Below are positions 46,056-55,983 of a stretch of 64,000 bases of DNA, piece by piece. The stretch lies in the IMG/VR virus record IMGVR_UViG_3300025138_000015. One strand, given 5' to 3'. Made by a program: the position numbers and the translations under genes. Under the pieces are notes generated by a model. The model searched no databases and was not told where the DNA came from. It saw nothing but the letters and a program-made list of their open reading frames with translations. How positions within the stretch are numbered: position 1 is the first letter of the stretch; every line of letters starts with the position of its first letter. The stretch comes from a virus.

Positions 46056-46739
46056 TTATCTGGTCTCCGGATGTAAGAATCTAACTTGTGAACATCTCCA
46101 AGAATCCTTCAGTTTAGAGTAGTCATCTACCCATGCACCGTGTATTCTATTGCCTGGAAATATAACACATCTATTGAATTTTGCAGGTATAACTCTGTTA
46201 GTAGTAAATCGGTCATTTACAGGATACATGAGATTAAACCTTTCATCATTTGTTACCCATTCACCCTCATATACGGCAGTTCCACCATCTTCTAGTTTGT
46301 CTAAGTAGACAATCATGTTCAGTGTAGAACGAGTATCTGGTGTGGACAACTCCTCGTCTGTATGTGGGTAATGTTGTATCTTAGGGTTATCAATGTTAAT
46401 TGACTGAAACAAATTGAACTCATAAAAGTGTGACCAATGATAGTCACCTTTCCAGAAATGTTTTCTACAAAAGTGCAACACTCTATCCATATCTGAATAA
46501 TACTTTCTTGTAGGGTGTGATATGTTATCGTTGATTCTGCAATCATAGTAATCTACACCATTTGCACTATTTCTTTCTGCATTGTATTTCCACAATGGGA
46601 AATCTCTTTGCATTATATGGTCATGTAGGTCTTCTGGATTCTCATAGAAGTTATCAATCGTTAAACAGAAACCATCGAATGTTGGATTCCAGTTGTCTGC
46701 AAACGAATAGAGTTCATCCATGTCATAGACTTTACTCAT
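46056..46739 (-). CDS. 2OG-Fe(II) oxygenase-like protein
   Basis: IDNFYENP, PHTD, VYL..GGTAVY, KFNRCVIF...HGA, R. Confidence 0.78.
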   Translation of the reverse strand: MSKVYDMDELYSFADNWNPTFDGFCLTIDNFYENPEDLHDHIMQRDFPLWKYNAERNSANGVDYYDCRINDNISHPTRKYYSDMDRVLHFCRKHFWKGDYHWSHFYEFNLFQSINIDNPKIQHYPHTDEELSTPDTRSTLNMIVYLDKLEDGGTAVYEGEWVTNDERFNLMYPVNDRFTTNRVIPAKFNRCVIFPGNRIHGAWVDDYSKLKDSWRCSQVRFLHPETR

Positions 46740-47632
46740 AGTAATAATCCACCTTTAGGTCTGTTATCACTCTTCTCACTCGCACCAAGAGGGTCAAGTA
46801 AAACTCTTTCTCTTCTCGATAAATCTAAATTCTTTTCTACAGGCATATCTTCTCTTTCAACAACTTGTTGTTCTTGTACTGGTTGTTCTAAGAAACCATA
46901 TTCTAAATCATCGGTTGATTCACCTTGATTGGGAACTCCGACTGGATGATGTAGATTGAATGAGATAGATATTCTCTCATATTCTGGTTCTGTATTTCTT
47001 ATTGGTGGGACTTCATGCATTAACATACTTGGCCATAATAAGAACTCGTTTGTTCTAGGGAAAAATTCTATCATATCATGATAACAAGGTCCACCTATAA
47101 ATTTTGCATTGTCATATTCAGGTTTACTCCAGTCGTTAGTAGGTAAATTAAGTGCATGAGCAAATGCTGGATTAGGATTTCTAAACTGTATTGGTTGAGT
47201 ATCTTCATCTTGAATTGATGGATACCATGTGCCTGACATATAAGAATTTATGTGATTATGTGATGGATGACTATGTTCTTTATTATAGACATTGACCCAT
47301 GCAAATAAGTGTAAATCATTTCTTTTGATATGACCAACTGATTGACCATAACAAACTTGTATGAATTGTATGTAAGTGTCTTTGATTTGTTCTGCAAATT
47401 CTTTATACCATGGTAATAGTATTAGTTTCTGTCTCAGTTCTTCGTTAAAATAACTAGTATAGTTCTTAGATTCATCATCGTTATGCAGTTCTTTTGCCTC
47501 TGCAACTAAACTCCTACAATCACTTTGAACCTGTTCTAAATCCATATCTCTGAGTATTCCTCTTAATATGGGTGTAGAAAAGATATCTATCTGTTCACAA
47601 TCACTTGCAGCTTTCCAATCACTTGTTTGCAT
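46736..47632 (-). CDS. Putative 2OG-Fe(II) oxygenase (TIGR02466-like)
   Basis: WVNVY..HPSHNH..SGTWY, WPSMLMHEV, RISISFN. Confidence 0.82.
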   Translation of the reverse strand: MQTSDWKAASDCEQIDIFSTPILRGILRDMDLEQVQSDCRSLVAEAKELHNDDESKNYTSYFNEELRQKLILLPWYKEFAEQIKDTYIQFIQVCYGQSVGHIKRNDLHLFAWVNVYNKEHSHPSHNHINSYMSGTWYPSIQDEDTQPIQFRNPNPAFAHALNLPTNDWSKPEYDNAKFIGGPCYHDMIEFFPRTNEFLLWPSMLMHEVPPIRNTEPEYERISISFNLHHPVGVPNQGESTDDLEYGFLEQPVQEQQVVEREDMPVEKNLDLSRRERVLLDPLGASEKSDNRPKGGLLL

Positions 47633-47634
47633 AA

Positions 47635-48168
47635 TTAATCCTTTTTTTCTACTTGAACACCAACACCTTTTTCACCGTTAGGCATAGTGACATCACGATA
47701 ATATATCACGACCTCACCTAGTTGTTTGATGTATCGTTTTAGTTCTTGCATATCTTCTGCCATGACTTTGTAATCACCAACAGTAGATGCAACGAAGACG
47801 ACTTCTCCGTTATTTAACTCTTTCATTTCATCTAAGAATCTATCTAAGTATGTATAACCCTCAGGCCAATCTGGATTTTCTCTTTCTGATAAATCACATG
47901 CCTTAGGTCTTTTGAGTTGTTCTACACCTTTATCATCAAATCTTTTAGGTTCAAATGATAGTGTTCTCTTACATGGGTTTACTATTCGTGCCTCTGATAC
48001 GACATACCATTTTGGTGCAGTCAAATTGACTGGTCTTGGTAAATCAGGTTGCATGATGTCAATCACAACAGGTTTAGATACTATCTCTACTTGTTTTGTC
48101 CCCAATAGAGAACAACCACTAGTCGTTAGTAGTAGGATTGCCAATACTATATAATTTCTTAGTATCAT
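47635..48168 (-). CDS. Outer-membrane spanin (Rz1-like lipoprotein)
   Basis: Lipobox TSGC, Pro-rich segment, C-terminal ELKRYIKQL..VVIYY; overlaps the i-spanin. Confidence 0.7.
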   Translation of the reverse strand: MILRNYIVLAILLLTTSGCSLLGTKQVEIVSKPVVIDIMQPDLPRPVNLTAPKWYVVSEARIVNPCKRTLSFEPKRFDDKGVEQLKRPKACDLSERENPDWPEGYTYLDRFLDEMKELNNGEVVFVASTVGDYKVMAEDMQELKRYIKQLGEVVIYYRDVTMPNGEKGVGVQVEKKD

Positions 48169-48502
48169 CTTCGAGTCCCTCCATCACTGCCTCTGAGGCA
48201 TTGTTAAATCTTAGTTCTATCATACCTGGTTTTTTCATTGCAAGTAAGTCTAAATTGTGTCTACTGAATATTGAAAGATACTCTGCCTTCTCTTGTTCGA
48301 TTTGTGCATTTACTCTTGTCATGTTCATCAGTGCCTTACCTTGTTTTTCGTAAGACTCTTTCATCGCCGTCATGGTGGCTTTCTGTTCTTCTACTGCAGT
48401 TTCTAACTTAAAGTTGTTTGCAGTGAGTGTTTGATTTTCTTGGTATAACCAGTAAGATGCTAATCCTAGTACCAGTAATATACCTATAAGTGCTTGTTGC
48501 AT
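48119..48502 (-). CDS. Inner-membrane spanin (Rz-like)
   Basis: N-terminal TM then coiled coil; LAMKKPGMIE..N motif as in T4-like i-spanins. Confidence 0.72.
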   Translation of the reverse strand: MQQALIGILLVLGLASYWLYQENQTLTANNFKLETAVEEQKATMTAMKESYEKQGKALMNMTRVNAQIEQEKAEYLSIFSRHNLDLLAMKKPGMIELRFNNASEAVMEGLEDDTKKLYSIGNPTTND

Positions 48503-48744
48503 TATTTCTCCTCTATTTTATAGTCTAGTCCTTTTGAAGACCTGACTTCTATCATCTTCTTACTTTCCCAATCACGAAACTTTAGATGTTTTTCTTTTTG
48601 AATGATTACCTTTCTGGCAACATAATGTGATTTGTACATTTGACCAGTGGTTTCAGATTGTCTGTATAGTGTGATTTCATATTCAGTGTGAAACAAACTT
48701 CTGAGAAAATTCATCAGTTTGTCCATGAATGTTTTGTTGTCCAT
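48502..48744 (-). CDS. Hypothetical protein
   Basis: GAGG RBS; CTAAATA late-like box upstream. Confidence 0.65.
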   Translation of the reverse strand: MDNKTFMDKLMNFLRSLFHTEYEITLYRQSETTGQMYKSHYVARKVIIQKEKHLKFRDWESKKMIEVRSSKGLDYKIEEK

Positions 48745-48778
48745 AATATATCCTCGATATACCTTTATTTAGTATGCG

Positions 48779-48812
48779 AAAAAAGGTGGGTTTCTTTAAA
48801 GTCTAAACCCAC
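48779..48812 (-). terminator. Intrinsic terminator
   Basis: GTGGGTTT...AAACCCAC followed by CTTTTTT on the minus strand. Confidence 0.7.
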
Positions 48813-48887
48813 ACACCGAAAAATCGACTCGCAATTTCAGTTATATTATTTTAAGTCGTTATAACTGGACGCAATGCTCAAGAACGA

Positions 48888-49385
48888 CTATTTTCTTAAT
48901 TTTTTAAGTTCATTGATTGTGTTCTCAGCACTAGTATGAACAATACCAATACCACCATTCTCAACCCAACTATCAATGTTCTTTTGTCTATCATCAACTA
49001 GAATACTACCTTCAAAGGCATACATTCCTTTCTGACTGCCAGTGAATGTGCAAGTGACCGCAATTGTAGGGTCAACGAACTCTCTAATCCACTCGTTTTT
49101 ATCATAAACACATAACTCTCTGTTGACTTCACCAGCCGCAGTTAATATCTCCCACGGTACCTTTGTGTGTCTAACATATGCAAGTAAATCATACATATCT
49201 ACCATCGGTGGTAGATTTCTGAATAATCTCTTGTTGGTTAACTCTTCTTTTCTTGCATCATAAATCGCATGACCATGTGCATCTGGTGTAATATTGACTC
49301 CTGCCAACTTAGATGCACCAGCCTGGAAATCGGCCAACACACCATCCATATCAAGGAAAATTCTTTTTATCTCAATCTTTTTCAT
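48888..49385 (-). CDS. HAD-family 5'(3')-deoxyribonucleotidase
   Basis: FLDMDGVLADF, ILTA, K, ILVDDRQKNIDSW..GGIGIVH. Confidence 0.88.
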   Translation of the reverse strand: MKKIEIKRIFLDMDGVLADFQAGASKLAGVNITPDAHGHAIYDARKEELTNKRLFRNLPPMVDMYDLLAYVRHTKVPWEILTAAGEVNRELCVYDKNEWIREFVDPTIAVTCTFTGSQKGMYAFEGSILVDDRQKNIDSWVENGGIGIVHTSAENTINELKKLRK

Positions 49386-49391
49386 ACTTAT

Positions 49392-49421
49392 ATTATACCA
49401 GAAATCATACCGCTTTGGCAA
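49392..49421 (-). promoter_or_regulatory. Sigma70 promoter (leaderless transcript)
   Basis: TTGCCA-18-TATAAT, 6 nt from ATG 49385. Confidence 0.7.
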
Positions 49422-49731
49422 GCGTTTTCAGTGTTTTTTCTAGTGCATATGCCTCTGATTCATCTATTGTTCCGTTCTCTAAAACTTGACGGACATGCAC
49501 CATTTCGTGTGCAAGGGTGATGAATCTTTCGTTGTCATATTTGATGTAAATGTCTAAGTGAACCTTAGAGTCATCTTTTTTGTGTGGGTATTCTATCAAT
49601 CCAGACTGCCTGAACTGAGGTGGTAATCGTTTGATGTATAAAACAGACTTAGGTATGTCTGTTATGCCTAACTGTTCTGCAATATAGACTGCATTAGTTA
49701 ACATCCAACTGTCTTTACAATAAATCTCCAT
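49405..49731 (-). CDS. Zincin-like metallopeptidase domain protein
   Basis: TLAHEMVHVRQ...ESEAY (HExxH + E). Confidence 0.72.
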   Translation of the reverse strand: MEIYCKDSWMLTNAVYIAEQLGITDIPKSVLYIKRLPPQFRQSGLIEYPHKKDDSKVHLDIYIKYDNERFITLAHEMVHVRQVLENGTIDESEAYALEKTLKTLAKAV

Positions 49732-49861
49732 CGTCTTCTATCTCATCACTATAAGTATCTCCACAGAACGGACAAAACCTTAATTCATTGTCTCCGTCAT
49801 GTTCGATTTCACATTCACTCATACAGTTATTACAAAACATCATTTCTTTTTCATTTCTCAT
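49715..49861 (-). CDS. Small zinc-ribbon protein
   Basis: Not in track; CNNC...FCPFCG. Confidence 0.65.
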   Translation of the reverse strand: MRNEKEMMFCNNCMSECEIEHDGDNELRFCPFCGDTYSDEIEDDGDLL

Positions 49862-50145
49862 TATAATAAATCCTCATCAAAAGTTGTTCCGTCTATCGCT
49901 TTTTGTGTTTTGACCATAATCCTATCGAATGCCTCTGGAAAACCTGTCACTTTTCCATTAACTGTTAAGTATGGTGGTTTTGCCTCTACAGAGGACTTTT
50001 CTACATCTAATCCTACTATGTATGTTCTACATGTTTGATATTCTCTATCAACCATTTTCATAAGATGCTCATATCTTTGACAAATCAATTTGGTTTCACC
50101 GACTTGGTCTACAGTTGCAGGAAGATATAACAAATACTCGTTCAT
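49861..50145 (-). CDS. Hypothetical protein (possible degenerate thioredoxin fold)
   Basis: PPYLTVNGKVTGF resembles the glutaredoxin C-terminal half. Confidence 0.55.
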   Translation of the reverse strand: MNEYLLYLPATVDQVGETKLICQRYEHLMKMVDREYQTCRTYIVGLDVEKSSVEAKPPYLTVNGKVTGFPEAFDRIMVKTQKAIDGTTFDEDLL

Positions 50146-50384
50146 TATTCTACCAATAGTTTTCTATTGTTGTGCCATTCTTGTAGGTTATCAAAACCAC
50201 CTATTGCTTCACCATCAATTCTAATTTGTGGGAAAGTTCTTGCAGTTGGAAATTCTTCGAAGAGTTGTTCTCTTGTAAAATCCTCATCTAACATTTTGTA
50301 GGTGTACTCGTATCCATGTTGTTCACATAGATTTTTTGCCTTTACACAGTAAGGGCATGCTGGTTTACTGAATATTTCTATCAT
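50145..50384 (-). CDS. nrdC: Glutaredoxin
   Basis: CPYC, RTFPQI, IGGF. Confidence 0.93.
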   Translation of the reverse strand: MIEIFSKPACPYCVKAKNLCEQHGYEYTYKMLDEDFTREQLFEEFPTARTFPQIRIDGEAIGGFDNLQEWHNNRKLLVE

Positions 50385-50551
50385 AATAAGTGTTCACTCC
50401 TTGTTTTCTTAGCAGTATATATTGTTCCTGTCTTACGACCATAATATGGGGTTTTTTCTACACCTTTAGTGCCTTCTGCAAAAAAGATTAATGACACTAG
50501 TGACACTAGTGCAACCCATAAAATTCCTATTAATAATATTGCGTCTATCAT
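50381..50551 (-). CDS. Small membrane protein
   Basis: Not in track; MIDAILLIGILWVALVSLVSLIFFAEG; overlaps both neighbours. Confidence 0.55.
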   Translation of the reverse strand: MIDAILLIGILWVALVSLVSLIFFAEGTKGVEKTPYYGRKTGTIYTAKKTRSEHLL

Positions 50552-51645
50552 AATTTAAAGTCCTCGAATGTAGAATCATCTACATCTTGTTTTATGCCAC
50601 CAATGAGATAAGATTCAATCTCAGTCTCTTGTGGAGCATTCTGTAATCCTCTACTATTGAACCAATGTTGTGTCCATGGTAAAGGGTTGTTTGTTGAAGA
50701 GATATCGTATATGGGATTTAATCCTATTGCACGAAGTCTCTTGTTTGCAATAAATTCTACATAGTTTCCTAGTAGTTGTGTTGATAGTCCAATCATTGAA
50801 CCATCTTTGAATAGAAACTCTGCCCATTCTTTTTCTTGTTCTACTGCATCTTCATATAATTTGTATACTTCTGGTTCACAATCTTTCATGACCTTGTTCA
50901 TCAACTTATCGTTTTCTTGTTTCTGATAACACTTCAGTATATGTTGTGATATTGCAAGGTGTTGTGATTCGTCTCTTGCAATAAGAGAGATAATCTTTGC
51001 ACTGCCTTCCATCTGTTTTAACTCACCGAATCCGAATGAACACGCAAATGATACAAAGAATCTAATACCTTCTAGTATGTTTACTGATATAAGTGCCAGA
51101 TATAATGCTTTGTACAGGTCATAATCCTCAACTTTGAGTCCTAGTAATCTCCTTCTACCTAGTTGGATAAATTCATCATACTTCTCCGTGACCATTTCTG
51201 CTCTCTTGACAATTGCAGGTTCATCTAATATGGTATCGAAGACATCACTAGGGTCTGCATAAATGTTCTTAATGATGTGTGTATATGAACGACTATGAAT
51301 AGTCTCCATGAAGTCCCATGTAATAATACAAGACTCTAGTTCAGGCAAGGTCACGAATGGTAAGAATGCTATGCTTGGTGCCCTCCCTTGAACTGAGTCG
51401 AGTAAAGTCTGATATCTTAGATTAGAGGTGAATATGTGTTTTTGTGCATCAGATAGATTCTGATAATCACTTCTGTCTTTCTGTAAAGATACCTCTTCTG
51501 GTCTCCAGAAGAAACTAAGTTGTCTTTGTGTTAGTTTATCAAATATAGGATACTTGAACTCGTCAAATCTTTGCGTGTTCAATTCTTCACCGAAGAACAT
51601 TTTGTTCTTCTTAAAGTCTACATTGTTTTTGTTAAATACCGTCAT
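50548..51645 (-). CDS. nrdB: Ribonucleotide reductase class Ia beta subunit
   Basis: FFWRPEEV, LDSVQGR, ETIHSRSY, EGIRFFVSF, RDESQH, APQETE. Confidence 0.97.
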   Translation of the reverse strand: MTVFNKNNVDFKKNKMFFGEELNTQRFDEFKYPIFDKLTQRQLSFFWRPEEVSLQKDRSDYQNLSDAQKHIFTSNLRYQTLLDSVQGRAPSIAFLPFVTLPELESCIITWDFMETIHSRSYTHIIKNIYADPSDVFDTILDEPAIVKRAEMVTEKYDEFIQLGRRRLLGLKVEDYDLYKALYLALISVNILEGIRFFVSFACSFGFGELKQMEGSAKIISLIARDESQHLAISQHILKCYQKQENDKLMNKVMKDCEPEVYKLYEDAVEQEKEWAEFLFKDGSMIGLSTQLLGNYVEFIANKRLRAIGLNPIYDISSTNNPLPWTQHWFNSRGLQNAPQETEIESYLIGGIKQDVDDSTFEDFKL

Positions 51646-52601
51646 TAAATTAAATCCTCTTCCACCTTTCCTGTCAAATATGAATAGTTGTTCACATACA
51701 AATGTTTGTCTGGTGTGTTATCCCACACTTTAGTACACCAGTTATCAAGACTATGTTCACCTTGTATTGGTTCATCAGACCATCTGCTCTCTCTTCCATC
51801 CCATTCAGTCACCAGATTTCTACTATGTGGGTTAGTACCTGGTTTATTGTATGAATAACCATCTAAACTACACAATTTACTTCTCATGTTAACAAAATGT
51901 AAGAACATGTGATAACTGTAATCACCACAAAAGGTATTTCTCCAATGTGGTATATTAGGTCCTTGATATAGTAAGACATCACCTACTTCAAGTTCTACTG
52001 CAATACCGTCATGTATATCTTGTGTGACTTGTTTAATCCAATGTTGCCCTTGTTGGTCATTGTGATTTGAATAATTATGTTTGTTATTTAACCATATCTT
52101 CCAAGGTGTATTATCATCTGATTTATATTTTAAAGGAAATGTACAACTAATTTCACAAGATGGTCTATCTGTATGTGATGACAATGATGCACCTCTGATA
52201 TATCTTCTACTGAATGAATAGGTCTCTTGTAGTTTTATATCTAAGACAGGATTAAGTGCATTCTTCATCCAACGATGTAGACCTACTGCAGGTGGAAAAT
52301 TGTATGCACCATGAGATTTGTTTCTCTGTTCTTTTGGTGTAGAATGTGTTAACTCATCTTCTTTCATGAAGTGTGCATTGTATTGTCTTTCATCATTCTC
52401 AATGCATTCCCACGAATCATTGACCATGTCTATGATTTCTTTTGGTATGAAATTCTTTAGAACAACATATCTGTTGTTAACAAAATCTAAAGTTGTCTGA
52501 CTTGTTTTACCTGTCCATTTGATTTTGTCGGCATCTTGCCTATTCTCTTTTACTGAAACATCAAAGTCGTATAACTTATCTTTTTTAGATTGCACATGCA
52601 T
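51645..52601 (-). CDS. 2OG-Fe(II) oxygenase inserted between nrdA and nrdB
   Basis: TYSFSRRY, HTDRPSCEIS, GDVLLYQG..HWR, FLHFV. Confidence 0.8.
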   Translation of the reverse strand: MHVQSKKDKLYDFDVSVKENRQDADKIKWTGKTSQTTLDFVNNRYVVLKNFIPKEIIDMVNDSWECIENDERQYNAHFMKEDELTHSTPKEQRNKSHGAYNFPPAVGLHRWMKNALNPVLDIKLQETYSFSRRYIRGASLSSHTDRPSCEISCTFPLKYKSDDNTPWKIWLNNKHNYSNHNDQQGQHWIKQVTQDIHDGIAVELEVGDVLLYQGPNIPHWRNTFCGDYSYHMFLHFVNMRSKLCSLDGYSYNKPGTNPHSRNLVTEWDGRESRWSDEPIQGEHSLDNWCTKVWDNTPDKHLYVNNYSYLTGKVEEDLI

Positions 52602-54900
52602 CGCAGTCTTCCTCGTCTGTATTTGGGGAAGATATCATTGGTGGGACATAATCATTCATTGCTGAGTTTTCATCTTTCACCACATCTTCAGTTTTACCAT
52701 CCATAGTATTCTGATAGTAAGATGTCTTCCATCCGTATTTGTATGTATTTAGTAAGTCCTTTGCCATTACTGATATAGGAACTTCACCGTTTTCGTAGTT
52801 CTCTGGATTGTATGACCAGTTACCACTTATTGCCTGGTCAAAGAACTTCTGCATTACTGCAACTACTTTTATATAACCTTCATTTGAAGGCATATCCCAT
52901 AATAGGGTGTAAAAGTTCTTTAACATTTGGTATTGTGGTACAACTTGTTTCAGTGTACCTTTCTTACTCTTCTTAACTGACAAGTGGTCTCTAGGTGGTT
53001 CAATACCATTTGTTGCATTCGATACAACACTAGATGATTCACTAGGCATTTGTGCAGTAAGTGTAGAGTGTCTAAGACCGTGAACTTTAATTCTTGTTCT
53101 TAGTTTTTCCCAATCCAACTTGTATATAGGTTTAACTAAAGTGTCCACATCTTTTTTATAGTGGTCAATAGGCAGTTTTCCCGCTGCATATTTTGTTGAA
53201 GTGAATCCGTCACACTGACCTTTCTCTGATGCAATCTGATTAGATGCACATAGTAAATGATATTGAAATGTTTCTGTCAATTCATGTACTAATTCTAATG
53301 ATTCTTCTGAACCATATTCAACCTTATTCTTTGCAAGAAAATGAGCAAGACCAATATAACCAATACCAAGACTTCTTCTCGCCTTAGTTGATTTCTCGGC
53401 TGCCCTTACAGGATACTCTTGGTAATCTATCAGTTCTTCAAGTCCTCTCACTGCTAAATCACACAAGTTGCTCATCTCATCTAGTTTAATTATGCCAACA
53501 TTGACCGCACTGAGAATACAAAGTGCAATCTCACCTTTACCATCGATATGTTGAATAGGGTCTGTTGGTAAAGTAATTTCTTGACAAAGATTACTCATGT
53601 ATACTTTGTCAAGAAAACTACTATGTGTATTGCAGTGGTCTATATTCATAATATAGATTCTGCCTGTCTCAGCTCTTTCTTTTAATAAATCTGTAAATAA
53701 GTCTCTTGCACTTACTTTTGTTTTTGGTATAGATGTTGCTCTCTCATATCTTTCATAGAGTTCATCAAACTCTGGTGTACCAAAGGCCTCATATAAACCA
53801 GGTACATTATGAGGAGAGAATAGTGTTATTTCTGAATTAGATAAAAATCTCTTATAGAATATCTCTGACAACTGAATAGAGTAATCTAGTTTTCGTACTC
53901 TGTTATCTTCTGTTCCCTTATTGTTCTTTAATACTAGAATGTCTTCTATTTCTTGGTGCCAGACTGGGAAATGAACTGTTGCACTGCCTCCTCGAACACC
54001 ATTTTGTGTGCAACTTCTAACTGTTGCTTCAAATTTTTTAAGGAAAGGGATAACTCCTGTATGTTGGACTTCACCACCTCTAATCTTTGAACCAAGGCCT
54101 CTAATTCTTCCTGCGTTAATTCCGATTCCTGCCCTTTGTGCAACATAGCGTCCAATGGCCATATCACTGCTGAATAGAGAATCGAGCGTGTCGTCTGAGT
54201 CGACAAGAACACATGATGCAAATTGTCTAAGTGGTGTTCTAACTCCTGCCATAATCGGCGTTGGGATAGATATTTTAAATGTTGAGATTGCGTCGTAGTA
54301 TCTTTTGACATAGTCTAACCTTTTATCATCGTCATAGTTTTGAAATAGAGTCATTGAAATTAACATATACATGAATTGAGGTGTCTCATAGACTAGATTA
54401 ACTGACCTATCTTGTACAAGATATTTGTCAACAACCTGTTGCAATCCCGCATATGTAAAATCGAAGTCTCTGTTGTGTCTGATGTAGGAGTTTACTTTAT
54501 CAAACTCTTCATCACTGTAATGATTTAGGATTTCTTTGTCGTAAACCCCATAATCAATATTTCTTTCTACTATCTCTTTAAGTTGTGGATAGATTGTTGA
54601 ATCTTTCCACTTTGTATTGAATACTTGTTTCTGAATACCGAATAGTAATAGTCTCGCTGCTACAAATTGATAGTTTGGTGAATCAAGTGAGATTAAATCA
54701 CTTGCACTTTTTACTAAAATTTGTTGAATATCTTTTGTGGTAATACCGTCATAAAATTGTAGACCACTATTCATTTCTACTAATGATTCTGATACACCTG
54801 CAAGGTCTTTACATGCCTTATGTACCATTCTATGTATTTTATCTAGGTCTATCTCAACTTTCGCACCATCGGACTTAACTACTTTTATTTCTGAATTCAC
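52585..54900 (-). CDS. nrdA: Ribonucleotide reductase class Ia alpha subunit
   Basis: ATP-cone, PTPIMAG, QFASCVL, SNLCQEI, MPSESSS, C-terminal CDACAI. Confidence 0.97.
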   Translation of the reverse strand: MNSEIKVVKSDGAKVEIDLDKIHRMVHKACKDLAGVSESLVEMNSGLQFYDGITTKDIQQILVKSASDLISLDSPNYQFVAARLLLFGIQKQVFNTKWKDSTIYPQLKEIVERNIDYGVYDKEILNHYSDEEFDKVNSYIRHNRDFDFTYAGLQQVVDKYLVQDRSVNLVYETPQFMYMLISMTLFQNYDDDKRLDYVKRYYDAISTFKISIPTPIMAGVRTPLRQFASCVLVDSDDTLDSLFSSDMAIGRYVAQRAGIGINAGRIRGLGSKIRGGEVQHTGVIPFLKKFEATVRSCTQNGVRGGSATVHFPVWHQEIEDILVLKNNKGTEDNRVRKLDYSIQLSEIFYKRFLSNSEITLFSPHNVPGLYEAFGTPEFDELYERYERATSIPKTKVSARDLFTDLLKERAETGRIYIMNIDHCNTHSSFLDKVYMSNLCQEITLPTDPIQHIDGKGEIALCILSAVNVGIIKLDEMSNLCDLAVRGLEELIDYQEYPVRAAEKSTKARRSLGIGYIGLAHFLAKNKVEYGSEESLELVHELTETFQYHLLCASNQIASEKGQCDGFTSTKYAAGKLPIDHYKKDVDTLVKPIYKLDWEKLRTRIKVHGLRHSTLTAQMPSESSSVVSNATNGIEPPRDHLSVKKSKKGTLKQVVPQYQMLKNFYTLLWDMPSNEGYIKVVAVMQKFFDQAISGNWSYNPENYENGEVPISVMAKDLLNTYKYGWKTSYYQNTMDGKTEDVVKDENSAMNDYVPPMISSPNTDEEDCDACAI

Positions 54901-55940
54901 TTCTTCTTATACTCCTTAAATTTCAATTTCGCTGAGAGACCATTATATGTATTAGAAGTAATTATATCAGCTATATCTAGTGCTGTCAATCCACTTTGTA
55001 TCATGTCGTTAATATCTTTTAGTCCGTTTACTCTTCTGTCTGACCAGAGGCATACTGACCAACCTAAATCAATAACTTCGTCTATCTTTTTTAATATCTC
55101 TGTATTTCTTGGTTCATTGTCATAAATGAGTATTGCTTTTTCTTTTATACTATCATCTATCTTCTTGAAATCACTACCTGCAACTGCTATAGAGTTGGGT
55201 AGGAATAGACTGTCTATCGGTCCCTCAGTGACATAGATAGTCTTTGATTTGTCCACATTATTATAGTTGAAGATGAGTGGAACATCATCTTGGAATCTCA
55301 TAGTTAAATAACGAAGTGGTGAATCATTGATTGCACGACCTGTTACCCCTAATAACTCCCCACTCTCACTAACGAATGGCAGAATGACTCTTGGGTCATT
55401 TCCAAGAACTCTCTCTCTATACTTAGTGTGTAGATGAGATAGAACTTGTGCGTTGTCTACAAACCAGAGTTTCTTAATTACTTCATCTGGTATGTTTCTT
55501 GCCTGTAAATAGTCTCTACTTACAATTCTATCATATGCACCATGACAAACTGCTTTGAGATTTTCTACAGACATTGACTCAACATTTTTATTTAGTAAAT
55601 CTGGATTGGGAGTAAACTTGAATGCATTCGATGAAGGCATTTTTTGTTGTCGTTTCGGACCTTTTCCACTTTCTTTTAACCATTCTTTAATATACTCTTT
55701 GTGTATCACAGGAAAATTATCTTTCAAAAAGTTCACTGATGAAGTGGACTTGCCACAATTGTGGCATTTGAAGATAAAACTTTGCTCTAACGCAAAATGA
55801 TATCCTCGTGCTTTATGTTGATTTTTTGATGAGTCACCACAATACGGACATCGGTGATTCAATGTATTATCGTTCTTCCATTTGGCCAAGTCAAGATTTG
55901 ACACGACCATTGAAAGGTATTTCCTTTCTAACCATAGCAT
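54897..55940 (-). CDS. gp61: DNA primase gp61
   Basis: CPYCGDS...CHNCG zinc finger, EGPIDS, DNEPRN, KDINDM. Confidence 0.96.
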   Translation of the reverse strand: MLWLERKYLSMVVSNLDLAKWKNDNTLNHRCPYCGDSSKNQHKARGYHFALEQSFIFKCHNCGKSTSSVNFLKDNFPVIHKEYIKEWLKESGKGPKRQQKMPSSNAFKFTPNPDLLNKNVESMSVENLKAVCHGAYDRIVSRDYLQARNIPDEVIKKLWFVDNAQVLSHLHTKYRERVLGNDPRVILPFVSESGELLGVTGRAINDSPLRYLTMRFQDDVPLIFNYNNVDKSKTIYVTEGPIDSLFLPNSIAVAGSDFKKIDDSIKEKAILIYDNEPRNTEILKKIDEVIDLGWSVCLWSDRRVNGLKDINDMIQSGLTALDIADIITSNTYNGLSAKLKFKEYKKK

Positions 55941-55947
55941 AACTACT

Positions 55948-55976
55948 ATTATACTATGATTAGTCTGGAATTACAA
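55948..55976 (-). promoter_or_regulatory. Sigma70 promoter for primase
   Basis: TTGTAA-17-TATAAT, 7 nt from the ATG. Confidence 0.65.
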
Positions 55977-55983
55977 GTGGTTT

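Noticed and set aside
50492-50511. Tandem 9-bp repeat TGACACTAG
   Set aside because: In-frame LVS-LVS duplication within a small membrane gene; no further significance evident
50548-54900. Introns or inteins in nrdA/nrdB
   Set aside because: Both ORFs are continuous and of normal length
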